Assembly: GCF_009914755.1 (NCBI RefSeq)
Contig: NC_060925.1
Reading direction: 5' to 3' (one strand)
From: the human T2T-CHM13v2.0 reference genome, Homo sapiens
DNA length: 64,000 bases
Part shown: positions 27,076 to 39,575 of the stretch, one piece after another
Layout of the letters: each line of letters begins with the position of its first letter
Position numbering within the stretch: position 1 is the first letter of the stretch
The notes under the pieces: model-generated
What the model saw: the letters and a program-made list of their open reading frames with translations, nothing else
Told to the model about the DNA's origin: nothing
Database searches by the model: none
Position numbers and translations under genes: made by a program

Positions 27076-27129
27076 AAAATGTTCTGGCAGTATACAGATG
27101 TTTCTATCAATTAAATATAAAAATTATGT

Positions 27130-27715
27130 AAATCCTGTGAAACAAATGGCCCTAGGCTTCCTGGACCTCCAGACCCAGGCAATCTGACCCTTTGCTACCT
27201 CAGTCACCACAGTCCTCCCACTCTCCCCCTTACTTGCCACATGCAGCCACACTGGCCTGCTTGTTCTACTCCAAACACTTCCTCCCCGGGCCTTCAGCCT
27301 TGCTGCTCCTTCTGCCAAGGACACTCCTCCCCGGCCATCTGAATGTCCCTCACCTATTTCAGATCTCCCCTCCAATGTCACCTTATGAGGGACCCTTTCT
27401 CTAGCTACTTTATATGCCAATATGCACACACACTAATGCACACTCACCACTCTCTAGCCCATTATCCTGCTCTATTCTTCACAGCAATCATTAGTAATTA
27501 ATAATTACTAACAATTAATACGTAATTAATAATTAATCACTTTATAGGTGTATTTATTGATTTTTTTCTGTCTCACAAGAATGTGAGCTCCTGGAGAGCC
27601 AAGGTATTGTTTATTTGTTTGCTTGTTTTCTTGGTTCTATTCACACTGTTCTTCTTCTCAGAACAGTGCCTACAGGGTGTTGTGCATTCAATAAACATTT
27701 GATGAATTCATGAAT
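27130..27715 (+). mobile_element. L2a 3' end
   Basis: cagccacactggcctgcttg...gaatgtgagctcctggagagc...agaacagtgcct...tcaataaacatttgatgaa. Confidence 0.8.
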
Positions 27716-28654
27716 AGAAAAAAAAATCTCTGTCTATCACAAGGGGTCAATATGGAGCACAGCTTTTTAAAATACCTTCAGAGATTTAAGATAAGGACAT
27801 AAAATGTCAGAGAAGGTTTCCAGCTTTAAAAAAAAAAAAGGCAGGGGGTAGAGACAAGATAATCCTCTGTTTATTTAAGCTTGAGCTTCCTCAATTCTAG
27901 TTGGGTCTTTAAAGCTTTATCAGCAGGGTGAAATGAAAGGAACTCAGCTTTGAGATTCTGGAATCCCTTGGCACATCCCAGGAAAGACTGCTGTTCCTAG
28001 AAGGAGAGACAGGAATGAGAATGAGAGAAGTGAACAAGGCAAATGTGTTCATCTCCCCAAACTGTCCTCTCTCCTTTTCTGAATCACCCAGATCCTACAG
28101 GGAAGGAGGCAGATGTATTCAGCCTTAGTTCTGGTGGCCAGTGCTGAGCCACCGAGGCTGGAGGAAGATCTGGCCTTTCAAAACACAGACAGGAATACAA
28201 AAAGCAACACTCAGGGATGATGCACAGAGACTAAAGAGACCCACAGATGGAATAGGCATTACTCAAAGGCGCTGGACAGAGAGCCAAGGCCAGGATCCGG
28301 GCTACACAAATAAAGGAATGTCAAGACAGCAAGCAGTTAAACAGTATAGGGATAAGTAAGAGTCAAAAAGCTACCAGGGGTACCAAGTAGAGGCAAAAAC
28401 TTTTCATAAGGTGGTAGGGAGTTAAAGCACTGAGCAATTTTTGGCAATGTTGTTCATTACAATGGAGACCTAACATACTGGCAGCCATCAAGAGGCTGCT
28501 ATGATAATCTCACTTAGAGAAAAGTATGTTTGGAAAGAAAAGTGGAAATGAAAGGGAGAAGTTTGAAAAAGTTTTAATCATTAAGATTTCAACTATACTT
28601 AGATGCACTATGAAGTATTTTCTTCTGTAATAGCAATCACATCCCTATAGCAAA

Positions 28655-28673
28655 ATATATATGCGTGCGTGCG

Positions 28674-28714
<41 letters not shown>
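28655..28714. repeat. (AT)(GCGT)(GT)n alternating purine-pyrimidine microsatellite
   Basis: 60 bp of uninterrupted RY alternation. Confidence 0.95.
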
Positions 28715-28720
<6 letters not shown>

Positions 28721-28795
28721 GACTTCTCTGGCAACCTGCAACCTGTTAAATGTCTACTGCCTGACACCTTGAAACTGCTTTTTTAAAAGGTAGTT

Positions 28796-30310
28796 GTAAC
28801 TAGAAAAAAATGTTTTGTTTGTTTTTGGTTTTTTTTGCAACAATTTAATAATTTATTACATTACAGTAGCATCACAGCAGCATTCAATAATGCCACTTTA
28901 GGCAAAAGTCTTTCAGTATTTCCATTATAGATTCTGTTTACAATAATTCATAAATTGGTAAAAGTCATTCTAAGAAAACTTGGCAAATGAAGCTTTGGAG
29001 TGGAATTCGCATTTCTTTCTCTACTTTTAAAAAGTTTCTTGACACTGATCTTGGCAAAGATTTTCTTAGATATGACCTCAAAAGCACAAGCAACAAAAGC
29101 GAAAATAGACAAATGGAATAGCACCAAACTAAAAATCTTCTGCATAGCAAAGAAAACAATCAACAGAGCGAATACATAGCTTATAGAATAGAAGAAAATA
29201 TTTGCAATTTATATGTCTGATAAGGGGCTAATATCCAAAATATATAAGGAGTTCAAATAACTCAATAGCAAGAAAACAATAATCCAACTTAAAAATGGGC
29301 AAAGGACCTAAATAGACATTGCTCAAAAAAAGAGATAACAATGGCCAATAGGTATATGAAAAAAATGCCCAATACCACTAATCAACAGGGAAATGCAAGT
29401 TAAACCATAATAAGATGTGGTTTTGTCACCTCATATCTGTTAGAAAAGCTTTCATCAAAAAGGCAAAAGATAACAAGTGCTGGCAAGGATGTGGAGAAAG
29501 AGAAAACCTCACACATTGTTGGTGGGATTGCAAATTAGCACAGCCCTTACATAAAGCAGTATGAATTCAGGTCTATCAAAAAATTCTAAATAGAACTATC
29601 ATATGATCTAGCAATTCCCCTTTTTGTATAGATCCAAAGGAAATGAAATCAGTATGTTAAAGATGTCTGCACTCCCATGTTCACTGCAATGTTATTCACA
29701 GTAGCCAACATATGGAATCAACTTAAATGTCCATCAACAATTGAATGGATTAAAAATAATCTGGTTCTCTATATATACAAAATGAAATACTCTTCAGCCT
29801 TTAAAAAGGAGGAAATTCTGCCATTTTCAACAACATGGATGGACAAGTAGAACATGATAGTGAAGGAAATAAGCCAGACACAGAAAGAAAAGTGGTGCAT
29901 GATCTCACTTATCTGTAAAAGTTGAAAAAGTCAAACTCATTGAAGTAAAGGGTAGAATGGTGGTTTCCAGGGGTTGCAGGTGGAGACAGGATGGGAGATG
30001 TTTGCTGGTCAAAAGATACAAAGTTTTAGCTGGATAGCAGGAACATATTCTGGAGATATACTGTACTGCATGGTGACTATAGCTAATGATAGTGTAGTGG
30101 GTACTTAAAAATTCCTTAAGGAATACATTTTAATTGTTCTCACCCCCCAAAATTGATAAGTATTAAGGCGATGAACATGTTAATTAGCCTCATTTAATTA
30201 TTCCAAAATGTATCCACACATCAAAACATGTTGATACCATAAATACATACAATTTCTATTTGTTAATTTAAAATGACTAAAGTGTAATATGTAACTAAAA
30301 ACAAATATAA
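28796..30310 (+). mobile_element. 5'-truncated L1MA (L1MA7-9-like)
   Basis: ORF2 3' part plus an L1MA-type 3' UTR; flanked by the direct repeat ttttttaaaaggtagtt at 28779-28795 and 30311-30327. Confidence 0.85.
28813..29028 (-). pseudogene. 5'-truncated processed retrocopy of an mRNA 3'-UTR end (parent possibly PCNP; from memory, unverified)
   Basis: On the minus strand: non-L1 sequence ending ...gtaatgtAATAAAttATTAAAttgttgc, followed by a degraded poly(A) tail (28813-28836); interrupts L1MA. Confidence 0.7.
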
Positions 30311-30557
30311 TTTTTTAAAAGGTAGTTAGTCATTCTATTTATTCATTCAGTGTTTCCTAAATGTCAGACAAACGTGTTTTGCCTAGAGATCACACAGGAA
30401 GAAAGTTTAATGAAAACGGAAGTCATCACAAAGTATTATTTAGTCAAGAGCTTAACCATTGAAATTTTACAATTTATTCACCAGCTGAAAAGAATTATTC
30501 TGGGCCTCCCCTCACAGATATGACCTGGCAGTGTGTGGAGAACTGATTAGGAAAAGG

Positions 30558-31180
30558 TGCTATGGCTTCGATATGATTTGTCTGTCTCCACCAAAACTCA
30601 TGTTGAAATTTGAGCACCATATGGTGGTGGTAGTGGGAGATGGGGCCAAGTGGGAGGCGTTTGAGTTATGATGGCAGATCCCTCAGGAATGGCCTAGTGC
30701 TTTTCTCACAGTAGTGAGTGAGTTCTCGATCTCCCAAGACTGGATTAGCTCTCGCAAGCAAGGATTAGTTCCTGCAAGTGTGGATTGTTACAAAGCTGCC
30801 ACGGCCCCCAGATTTCCCTCTCTTCACATGTCTTTTTCACATTCTCCACTATGTAGTGAGCCATAAGCCAGGGCCATGCCCTTGAATTTCTCAGCCTTCA
30901 AAACCATGATCTAAATAAATCTCTTTTTCTTTTTCTTTTCTTTTTTTTTTTGGTTACTTTTAAGTTCGGAGTACATGTGAAGGTTTGTTACACAGGTAAA
31001 CTTATCTCATGGGGGTTTGTTGAACAGATTATTTTATCACCCAGGTATTAAGCCCAGTTAATACTTGGGCTTAATAGTTATCTTTCCTGATCTCTCTCCT
31101 CCCACCCTCTACCCTCTGATAGGCCCCAGTGTGTGTCATTCCAGATATTCTTTTATAGCAATACAAAATGGACTAAAACA
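30558..31180 (+). mobile_element. MSTB-type MaLR solo LTR, interrupted by L1
   Basis: TG...CA ends; 5-bp TSD aaagg/gaagg; ggcagatccctcaggaatggc...gtagtgagtgagttctc. Confidence 0.85.
30925..31142 (-). mobile_element. L1PA (older, PA13-16-like) 3'-end fragment
   Basis: poly(T), then gtacatgtgaaggtttgttacacaggtaaac...attattttatcacccaggtattaagc...ggccccagtgtgtg. Confidence 0.85.
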
Positions 31181-33284
31181 GAAGGATAAACTCTAAGTGG
31201 AATATCACTAAGATAATAATGTTTCCTTCACTCTCTTCATGATGCTGGCAGAGAAGTTAGAAGTGTCTGTTTCTGGCAGCATGGCAGATAAGATGCCTCA
31301 AATGATTCTCTCAATAAAAACAATAAAAATGCACTTTAGAAACACATTGCTAAGCTTACAGTACTAGTAAGAAAAATTGAGCAAACACATAAGGAGGTAA
31401 GTGAGCAGTAGGGTCATCTTTTGTCCTTACTATCTTTGCTAAAATATAGAGCCTTTGAGCTTCTGCTTGGAGAACTATAGAGAGAGAAGTGGGAATAGAA
31501 TATAAGCCTAGAGGCTGATGAAGAGGGAAGTTTAATGGGAGGGCCAAAAAAGAGGGGGCATAATTTCAAAGCGTTATCCTTGAGTGTAAAGGTTAATGAG
31601 CAATAAAGTTGGCATGCAAATAAGAGACACATCTGTTTTAAAACTAGCATTGGGTAGAAAAAGAAAAAAAAAGTCTTACCTAGGAATTTATAAACAAAAA
31701 GTTTCTTAATGTCTTTCTATCCAAAGTCATGCATTATATGTTATTCAAAAAACTTCTAGTGAAATTTAATTCAAAGTGCCCTGGGAGAGAAGGGAGTCCA
31801 GGGATATGTCTAAAGCAGTTGTAATTTTTCTCCTGAGGAATAACCTCTAATCCAGGCCTCAAAAAATAGCCACAGGTGAAATTCCAAAAGAAGATAAATA
31901 TCATATGGTCAAAACACACAAGGAAATAAGGCCCGGGGTTGATACCCAACAGAAAAAATAATCAGCACAGTCAAACTACCAAAACTTTTTTAATTGGGCA
32001 TAACTAGACATAGAGTACAAAATAATTGTGTTTAATATTTTTAATTAAATGGTCCTTTTAAAATAGGGGCAATAAACAGATACTATATAGAACAATGAAG
32101 CAAATTTGAAAGGAAACCAAAAGTGTCAAGAAATAAAAATATATTAATCTGTTACTAAAAACCTACTAGATAGACTAGATCTGAGATTTTTCACAGTTAA
32201 AGACAGAATTGGTGAACTGGAAGAGAGATTGAAAAATATTCCTCATAATGTAGAACAGAGAGAAAAGAAGATGAAGAATATGAAGAAGATATATAAAGAA
32301 CTGAGTGATAAAGTCTACTAAAGTCTAATTGGAGCTTCCAAAGACATGAATACAGAAGATACTGAGTAGAAGGCAACATTCAAATGGATAATGACCAAGA
32401 CTGTTAAAGGATATCAATTCTTAGATTCAGGAAGTCTAACTTTCCCAGAGTTCTGTAAATTTACAATAAAAAAAAACTTCAGAACATTAGAGGAAAAAAT
32501 TTATAAAAGCATCCTGAGAGAAAAGACAGATCACTTACAAAAGAGTAACAATTAGACTAATAAGACTTGTCAATTGCAATTTAAAAAATCAATAGCTTCA
32601 AAGTACTGAAAGAATATAACTGCTAACCAAATGCATATGCATGGAAGACTGATTTTTCAAGAAGCACAAAATTAAGTCATTTAGAGAAAAAATTAGAGAA
32701 TTTATAACCAATAGAACATCAGTAAAATAAATGTTAAAGGATGTATTTCAGATAGAAGGCAAACTATCTATATGGAAGCTATGTGATGTAAAAATGGATA
32801 GTAAGTAAAAATATTGGTAAATAAGTGGTTTATCCTAAAAATTAACTATATTAAACAAAATAATAAGGTCTAATGTGAAAAGTTAACAAAATAGGAACCA
32901 AACTAAAGTACTGAGCTAGAAAAACAAATATATTGATAGGAAGCTATCAGCATGAAAATGTCTTGTGTATCACAAGGTAAGTAAAGATAAGCTCAGATTC
33001 TGTTAAGCATATATTTTAAAATGGCTAGAGTAACCATTAAAAAAACATAGCATGGCATATGTAACTTCAAAATATAAAGAAGGAAAAACAGTAAGAAAAA
33101 ATATCTAGATTGATTTAAAGACAGATTTCAATTGATCTAAAGAAAGGCAAGAAGGAAGGCTGGTGATGAGAGACCAAAAAAAGTGGGATAAGAAGAAAGC
33201 ACAAAATAAAATGGTACATATAAATCCATATATACTAATACATTAATTATAAAGGAACTAAATTCTCAAGTTATAAGAACAATA

Positions 33285-36200
33285 CAGGCATACCTCAGAG
33301 ATATTGCAGATTATATCCAGACCATCACAATAAAGCAAATATTGCAATAAAGCAAGTCACGTGAACATTTTGGTTTCCTAGCACATATAAAAGTTATATT
33401 TATACTGTACTATAGTCTACTAAGTATCTAATAGCATTATATAAACAAAGTACATATCTTTAATTTTTAGAATACTTTTTTGATTAAAAAATTGCAAACA
33501 ATCATCTGAGCCTTCAGTGAGTCATAATCTTCTTTGCTGGTGGAGGGTCTTGCCTTGATATCAATGGTTACTGACTGATCAGGATGGTGGTTGATGAAGG
33601 TTGGAGTGACTGTAGCAATTTCTTAAAAGAAGATGATGAAGTTTGCTACATTGGCTCATTCTTCCCTTCACTAAAGATTTCTCTGTAGCATGCAATGCTG
33701 ATTGACAATGCTGATTGAGAGCATTTTATCTACAGTAGAAATTCTTTCCAATTGGAGTCAATCCTCTCAAACCCTGCTGCTGCTTTATCAGCTAAGTTTA
33801 CATAATATTCAAATCTTTTGTTGTCATTTCAACAATATTCACAGCATCTTCACCAGGAGTAGATTCTATCTCAAGAAACCACTTTCTTTACTCATCCATA
33901 AGAAGCAACTTCTCATTCAAGTTTTACCATGAGATTGCAGCAATTCAGTCACATCTTCAGACTCCACTTCTAATTCTAGCTTTCTTGCTATTTCCACCAT
34001 GTCTATAGTTACTTCATTCACTGAAGTTTTTAATTCCTCAAATTTGTGCATGACAGTTGGAATCAGCTTCTTCCAAACTCCTGTTAATGTTGATAATTTG
34101 ACCTCCGCCCATGAATAAAAAATGTTCTTAATAGCATTTAGAATGGTAAATCCTTTCCAGAATGTTTTCAATTGACTTGGCAGATGCATCAGAGGAATCA
34201 TTATCTATGGCACTGATAGCCTTACAAAACGTATTTCTTAAATAATAAGACTTGAAAGTCAAAATTACTCCTTGACCATGGGCTGCAGAATGGATGTTGT
34301 GTTAGTGGGCATGAAAACGATATTTATCTCCTTGTACATCTCCATCAGAGCTCTTGGGGGATGAGGTGCATTGTTGAGCAGTAATATTTTGAAAGAAATC
34401 TTTTTTTCTGAGCAGTAGGTCTCAACAGCAGGCTTAAAATATTCAGTAAATCATACTGTAAACAGATATACTGTCATTAGGCTTTGTTGTTCCATTTAGA
34501 GAACACAGGAATAGTAGATGTAGCATAATTCTTAAATGTCCTGCGATTTTTTGAATGGTAAATGAGCACTGACTTCATTAGAAGTCATCAGCTGCATTAG
34601 CCCCTAACAAGAGAGTCATCCTATCCTTTGAAACTTTGAGGCCAGGCATTGGCATCTCCTCTTTAGTTATAAAAGTCCAGGATGTCATTGTCTCCCAATA
34701 TAAGGCTATTTCATCCACATTGAAAAAAAAAAATCTGTTGTTTAGTGTAGCCACCTTCATCAATTATCTTATTTAGACCTTCTGAAATACACTTGCAGCA
34801 CCGTCCCCATCAGCACTTGTTGCTTTACCTTGCACTTTTGTAATCAAGATGGTTTCTTTCCTTAAACTTCATAAACCATCCTCTGATAGCTTCACATTTT
34901 TCTTCTGCAACTTCTTCTCTCTCAGCCTTCATAAAATTTAAGCAAGTTAGAGCCTTGCTCTGGAGTAGGTTTCGGCTTAAGGGAATATTGTGGCTGATTT
35001 CATCTTCTATAGACCACTAAAACTTTCTCCATATCAGCAACAAGGTTGTTTCACTTTCTTATCATCTGTGTATTCACTGGAGTAGCACTTCAATTTCCTT
35101 CAAGAACCTTTTCCAATTTTGTTGATCTTTTCAAAAAAACCAGCTCCTGGATTCATTGATTTTTTTTGAAGGGTTTTTTGTGTCTCTCCCTCCTTCAGTT
35201 CTGGTTTGATCTTAGTTATTTCTTGCCTTCTGCTAGCTTTTGAATGTGCTTGCTCTTGCTTCTCTAGTTGTTTTAATTGTGATGTTAGAGTGTCAATTTT
35301 AGATCTTTCCTGTTTTCTCTTGTGGGCATTTAGTGCTATAAATTTCCCTCTACACACTGCTTTAAATGTGTCCCAGAGATTCTGGTATGTTGTGTCTTTG
35401 TTCTCATTGGTTTCAAAGAACATCTTTATTTCTGCCTTCATTTCGTTATGTACCCAGTAGTCATTCAGGAGCAGGTTGTTCAGTTTCCATGTAATTGAGT
35501 GGTTTTGAGTGAGTTTCTTAATCCTGAGTTGCAATCTACCCAAATGACAAAGGGCTAATATCCAGAATCTACAAAGAACTTAAAAAAATTTACAAGAAAA
35601 AATCAAACAACCTCATCAAAAAGTGGGCAAAGGATAGGCACTTCTCAAAAGAAGACATTTATGCAGCCAAAAGACACATGAAAAAATGCTCATCATCACT
35701 GGCCATCAGAGAAATGCAAATCAAAACCACAATGAGATACCATCTCACACCAGTTAGAATGGCAATCATTAAAAAGTCAGGAAACAATGGATGCTGGAGA
35801 GGATGTGGAGAAACAGGAACACTTTTATACTGTTGGTGGGAGTGTAAATTAGTTCAACCATTGTGGAAGACAGTGTGGTGATTCCTCGAGGATCTAGAAC
35901 TAGAAATACCATTTGACCCAGCCATCTCATTACTGGATATATACCCAGAGGATTATAAATCATGCTGCTATAAAGACACATGCACATGTATGTTTATTGT
36001 GGCACTATTCACAATAGAAAAGACTTGTAACCAACCCAAATGTCCATCAATGATAGACTGGATTAAGAAAATGTGGCACATGTACACCACGGAATACTAT
36101 GCAGCCATAAAAAAGGATGAGTTCATGTCCTTTGTAGGGACATGGATGAAGCTGGAAACCATCATTCTGAGCAAACTATCGCAAGGACAGAAAACCAAAC

Positions 36201-37027
36201 ACTGCATGTTCTCACTCATAGGTGGGAATTGAACAATGAGAACACTTGGACACAGAGTGGGGAGCATCACACACTGGGGCCTGTCGTGGGGTTGGGGGAG
36301 TGGGGAGGGATAGCATTAGGAGATATACCTAATGTAAATGATGAGTTAATGGGTGCAGCACACCAACATGGCACATGTATACATATGTAACAAACCTGCA
36401 CATTGTGCATATGTACCCTAGAACTTAAAGTATATATATAAAAAAAAGAATCTTTTCTTTGCATTTACAACTAGGCTAACCGTTTGGCACAAGAGGCCTA
36501 GCTTTTGGCCTATCTCAACTCTGAATATGCCTTCCTCACTAAGTTTAATCATTTCTAACTTTTGATTTAAAGTTACTGAGGTGCAACTCTTCCTTTCATT
36601 TGAATACTTAGAGGCCATTGTAGGGTTATTAATTGACCTAATTTCAATATGTTGTATCTCAGGAAATAGGCCCAAGAAGAAGGAGAGAGATGAGCGAACA
36701 GCCAGTTGTGGAACAGTCAGAATTCACACAACATTTATTAAGTTCACCATCTTATATGGGCAAGGTTCATGATGCTCTAAAACAATGACAATAGTAACAT
36801 CTAAGATCAGTGATCACAGATACCCATAACAGATATAATAATAATGAAAAAGTTTGGAATATTGGAAGAGCTACCAACATGTGGCAAGAGACAAGTGAGC
36901 ACATACTGCTGGGGAAAAGGTACCAAGAGACTTATCACTGCAGAATTGCCACAAACCTTCAATTTGTAAAACAAGCAATATTTGAGAAGTGCAATATATC
37001 AACATAAAATAAAATGAGACACCCCTG
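33285..37027 (-). mobile_element. near full-length Tigger1 DNA transposon (dead transposase)
   Basis: TA-caggcatacctc...gagacacccctg-TA ends; minus-strand ORFs give [40 protein letters not shown]...KDRMTLLLGANA and [17 protein letters not shown]; about 2.4 kb after removing the L1 insert. Confidence 0.95.
35114..36445 (+). mobile_element. L1PA (PA4-6-like) with 5' inversion
   Basis: 35114-35530 is antisense ORF2; 35529-36445 is sense ORF2 end plus 3' UTR; TSD aagaa(c/t)cttttc at 35102-35113 and 36446-36457. Confidence 0.95.
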
Positions 37028-38264
37028 TATTGTTAAACTGTATAAAAAATAAATAGAGACCAACCAAAAACAGAAGGACAGAGAAAATTTGAAAGGACAG
37101 AAAAAGATATATTAGGATTATTGTGACCTAAAGGAAGTCGGGGAGCTAATGTCTTTAAGACAGAAAGCATCATTGTTACAAACCAGGTTACTTCAAAATG
37201 AATTAAAAATTCTAGTCATAAAAAGGGATTTAACATTACTCCTCCCCTTCTCCAAAGCAGGCCACTCCCAAACAAGTTTTTCAGGCTAAACACTATTAAA
37301 TTTTGCCTCAGTTAACTGAGTCAATTATTTGAGTTTATGTTGGCACAGACTACACTAACTGTCTTTTTAAATAAATTGCTTTTTAAATAAGCTACTTTTA
37401 ATGGTTAGTTTTATGTAATCTTAATACAAATGGAAAATGCTCTTCTAGTGGAGAAAATAAGCATAGCCTGTTTCTTCTACTAACCTGTTTCTTTCTTGAG
37501 AGGCTAAAAACTGCTTTCAGATAAGAAATCTTCTAGTTACTGAATTGCTGTGATACAAAAAAATTAGCATTTCAAGCTGATAATGTCTTCAGTCAGACAA
37601 AAAGAAGCATTATTTACATATAAAATATTAAAAATTCTATGCATTTTTACAAGTATATATGAGGAAAAGAAAAAGTCAAATTCACCAGCACTCAAGAGAA
37701 CAATTAGATCCAGAGAAATCAGTACAGTATAATCTTCTTTTGTATAGCAGAATGGATGAAGCAGAAGAAAGAATTAGTGAGCTTGAAAACTGGCTATTTA
37801 AAGATATACAGTCAGAGGAGGCAAAAGAAAGAGGATAAAAAAATGAAGCATGCCTACAAGATGTAGGAAACGGCTTCAATGGAGCAAATCTAAGAGATAT
37901 TGGTCTTAAAGAGAAGGTAGAGAGAGAGAGATGGGTAGAAAGTTTATTCAAAGGGATAATAACAGAGAACATTCCAAACCTAGAAAAAAATATCAATATA
38001 CAAGTACAAAAAGGTTATAGAACACCACACAGACATAAACCAAAGAAGACTACATCAAGGCATTTAATAATCAAATTCCCAAAGATCAAGGATAAAGAAA
38101 AGATCCTAAAAGCAGCAAGAGAAAAGAAACAAATAACTTATAATGGAGCTCCAACACAGCTGGCAGCGGACTTTTCAATGGAAATCTTACAGGCCAGGAG
38201 AGAGTCACATGACATATTTAAAAAGCTAAAGAAAAAAAAAAGTGCCCTAGAATAGCATATCTGC

Positions 38265-39326
38265 TGTATATATATATACATATATACACACACATATATA
38301 TACATATATACATATATGTATACATATACACATATACGTATATATATACATATATACACATATACGTATATGTATACGTATACATACATATGTATATGTA
38401 TACGTATACACACATATGTATATGTATACGTATACACACATATACGTATATGTATACGTATACACACATATACGTATATATGTATACGTATACACACATA
38501 TACGTATATGTATACATATATATGTGTACATATACGTATATACGTATATGTATACATATATACGTTTATGTATATATACGTATATACGTATATATGTATA
38601 TGTATACATATATACATATATGTGTATATACGTATATACGTATATGTGTATATATACATATATACATACATGCACATATATGTGTATATATACATATATA
38701 CATACATGCACATATATGTGTATATATACATATATACATACATGCACATATATGTGTATATATACATATATACATACATGCACATATATGTGTATATATA
38801 CATATATACATACATGCACATATATGTGTATATATACATATATACATACATGCACATATATGTGTATATATACATATATACATACATGCACATATATGTG
38901 TATATATACATATATACATACATGCACATATATGTGTATATATACATATATACATACATGCACATATATGTGTATATATACATATATACATACATGCACA
39001 TATATGTGTATATACACATATATACATACATGCACATATATGTGTATATACACATATATACATACATGCACATATATGTATATACACATATATACATATG
39101 CGTATATGTATATACACATATATACATATGCGTATATGTATATACACATATATACATATGTGTATATGTGTATATGTATATACACATACATATATGTGTA
39201 TATGTATATACACATACATATATGTGTATATGTATACATACATATATGTGTATATGTATACATACATATATGTGTATATACATATACACATATATGTGTA
39301 TATATACATATATACACACATATATA
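38265..39326. repeat. ~1.06 kb TA/CA/TG/CG alternating purine-pyrimidine tract with about 12 copies of a 36-bp unit
   Basis: The unit tatatatacatatatacatacatgcacatatatgtg repeats over ~38640-39080; catgcaca recurs every 36 bp. Confidence 0.95.
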
Positions 39327-39575
39327 TTTCCAATAACATCTTATAACCCATTATTTCAAACTGATGACAACTTATATATACATATATACACACATATATA
39401 TTTCCAATAACATCTTATAACCCATTATTTCAAACTGATGACAACTTATATATACATATATACACACATATATACTTCCAATAACATCTTATGACCCATT
39501 ATTTCAAACTGATGACAACTTAACATTGATTGCAAAAACAATCTAATAAACAAGCAATGAGAAAATCAATAAAAA
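39299..39575. repeat. 74-bp tandem repeat x3 whose non-microsatellite part is the reverse complement of 39969-40065
   Basis: ttccaataacatcttat(a/g)acccattatttcaaactgatgacaact at 39328, 39402 and 39476; the third copy extends to 39575. Confidence 0.95.

Larger units (their letters stand above)
31270..37230 (+). mobile_element. old L1M (5'/ORF1 to ORF2 start), interrupted by Tigger1 at 33285-37027
   Basis: ttctggcagcatggcaga; ORF1-like agaattggtgaactggaaga and agagaaaagacagatcacttacaaaag; ORF2-start-like aaaggaactaaattctcaagtt, resuming after 37029. Confidence 0.6.

Noticed and set aside
27491-27511. Hairpin ttagtaatt-aat-aattactaa
   Set aside because: Lies in low-complexity AT sequence, so it is likely chance.
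33285-37027. Domesticated TIGD1-like gene
   Set aside because: The transposase is fragmented and interrupted by an L1.
38138-39410. Six long ORFs (275-393 aa) rich in Y/I/H/C/M/V
   Set aside because: Artefact: alternating purine-pyrimidine sequence cannot contain stop codons.
39299-39520. CRISPR-like repeat-spacer pattern
   Set aside because: The spacers are identical microsatellite, the repeats are L1-derived, there are no cas genes and the DNA is primate.
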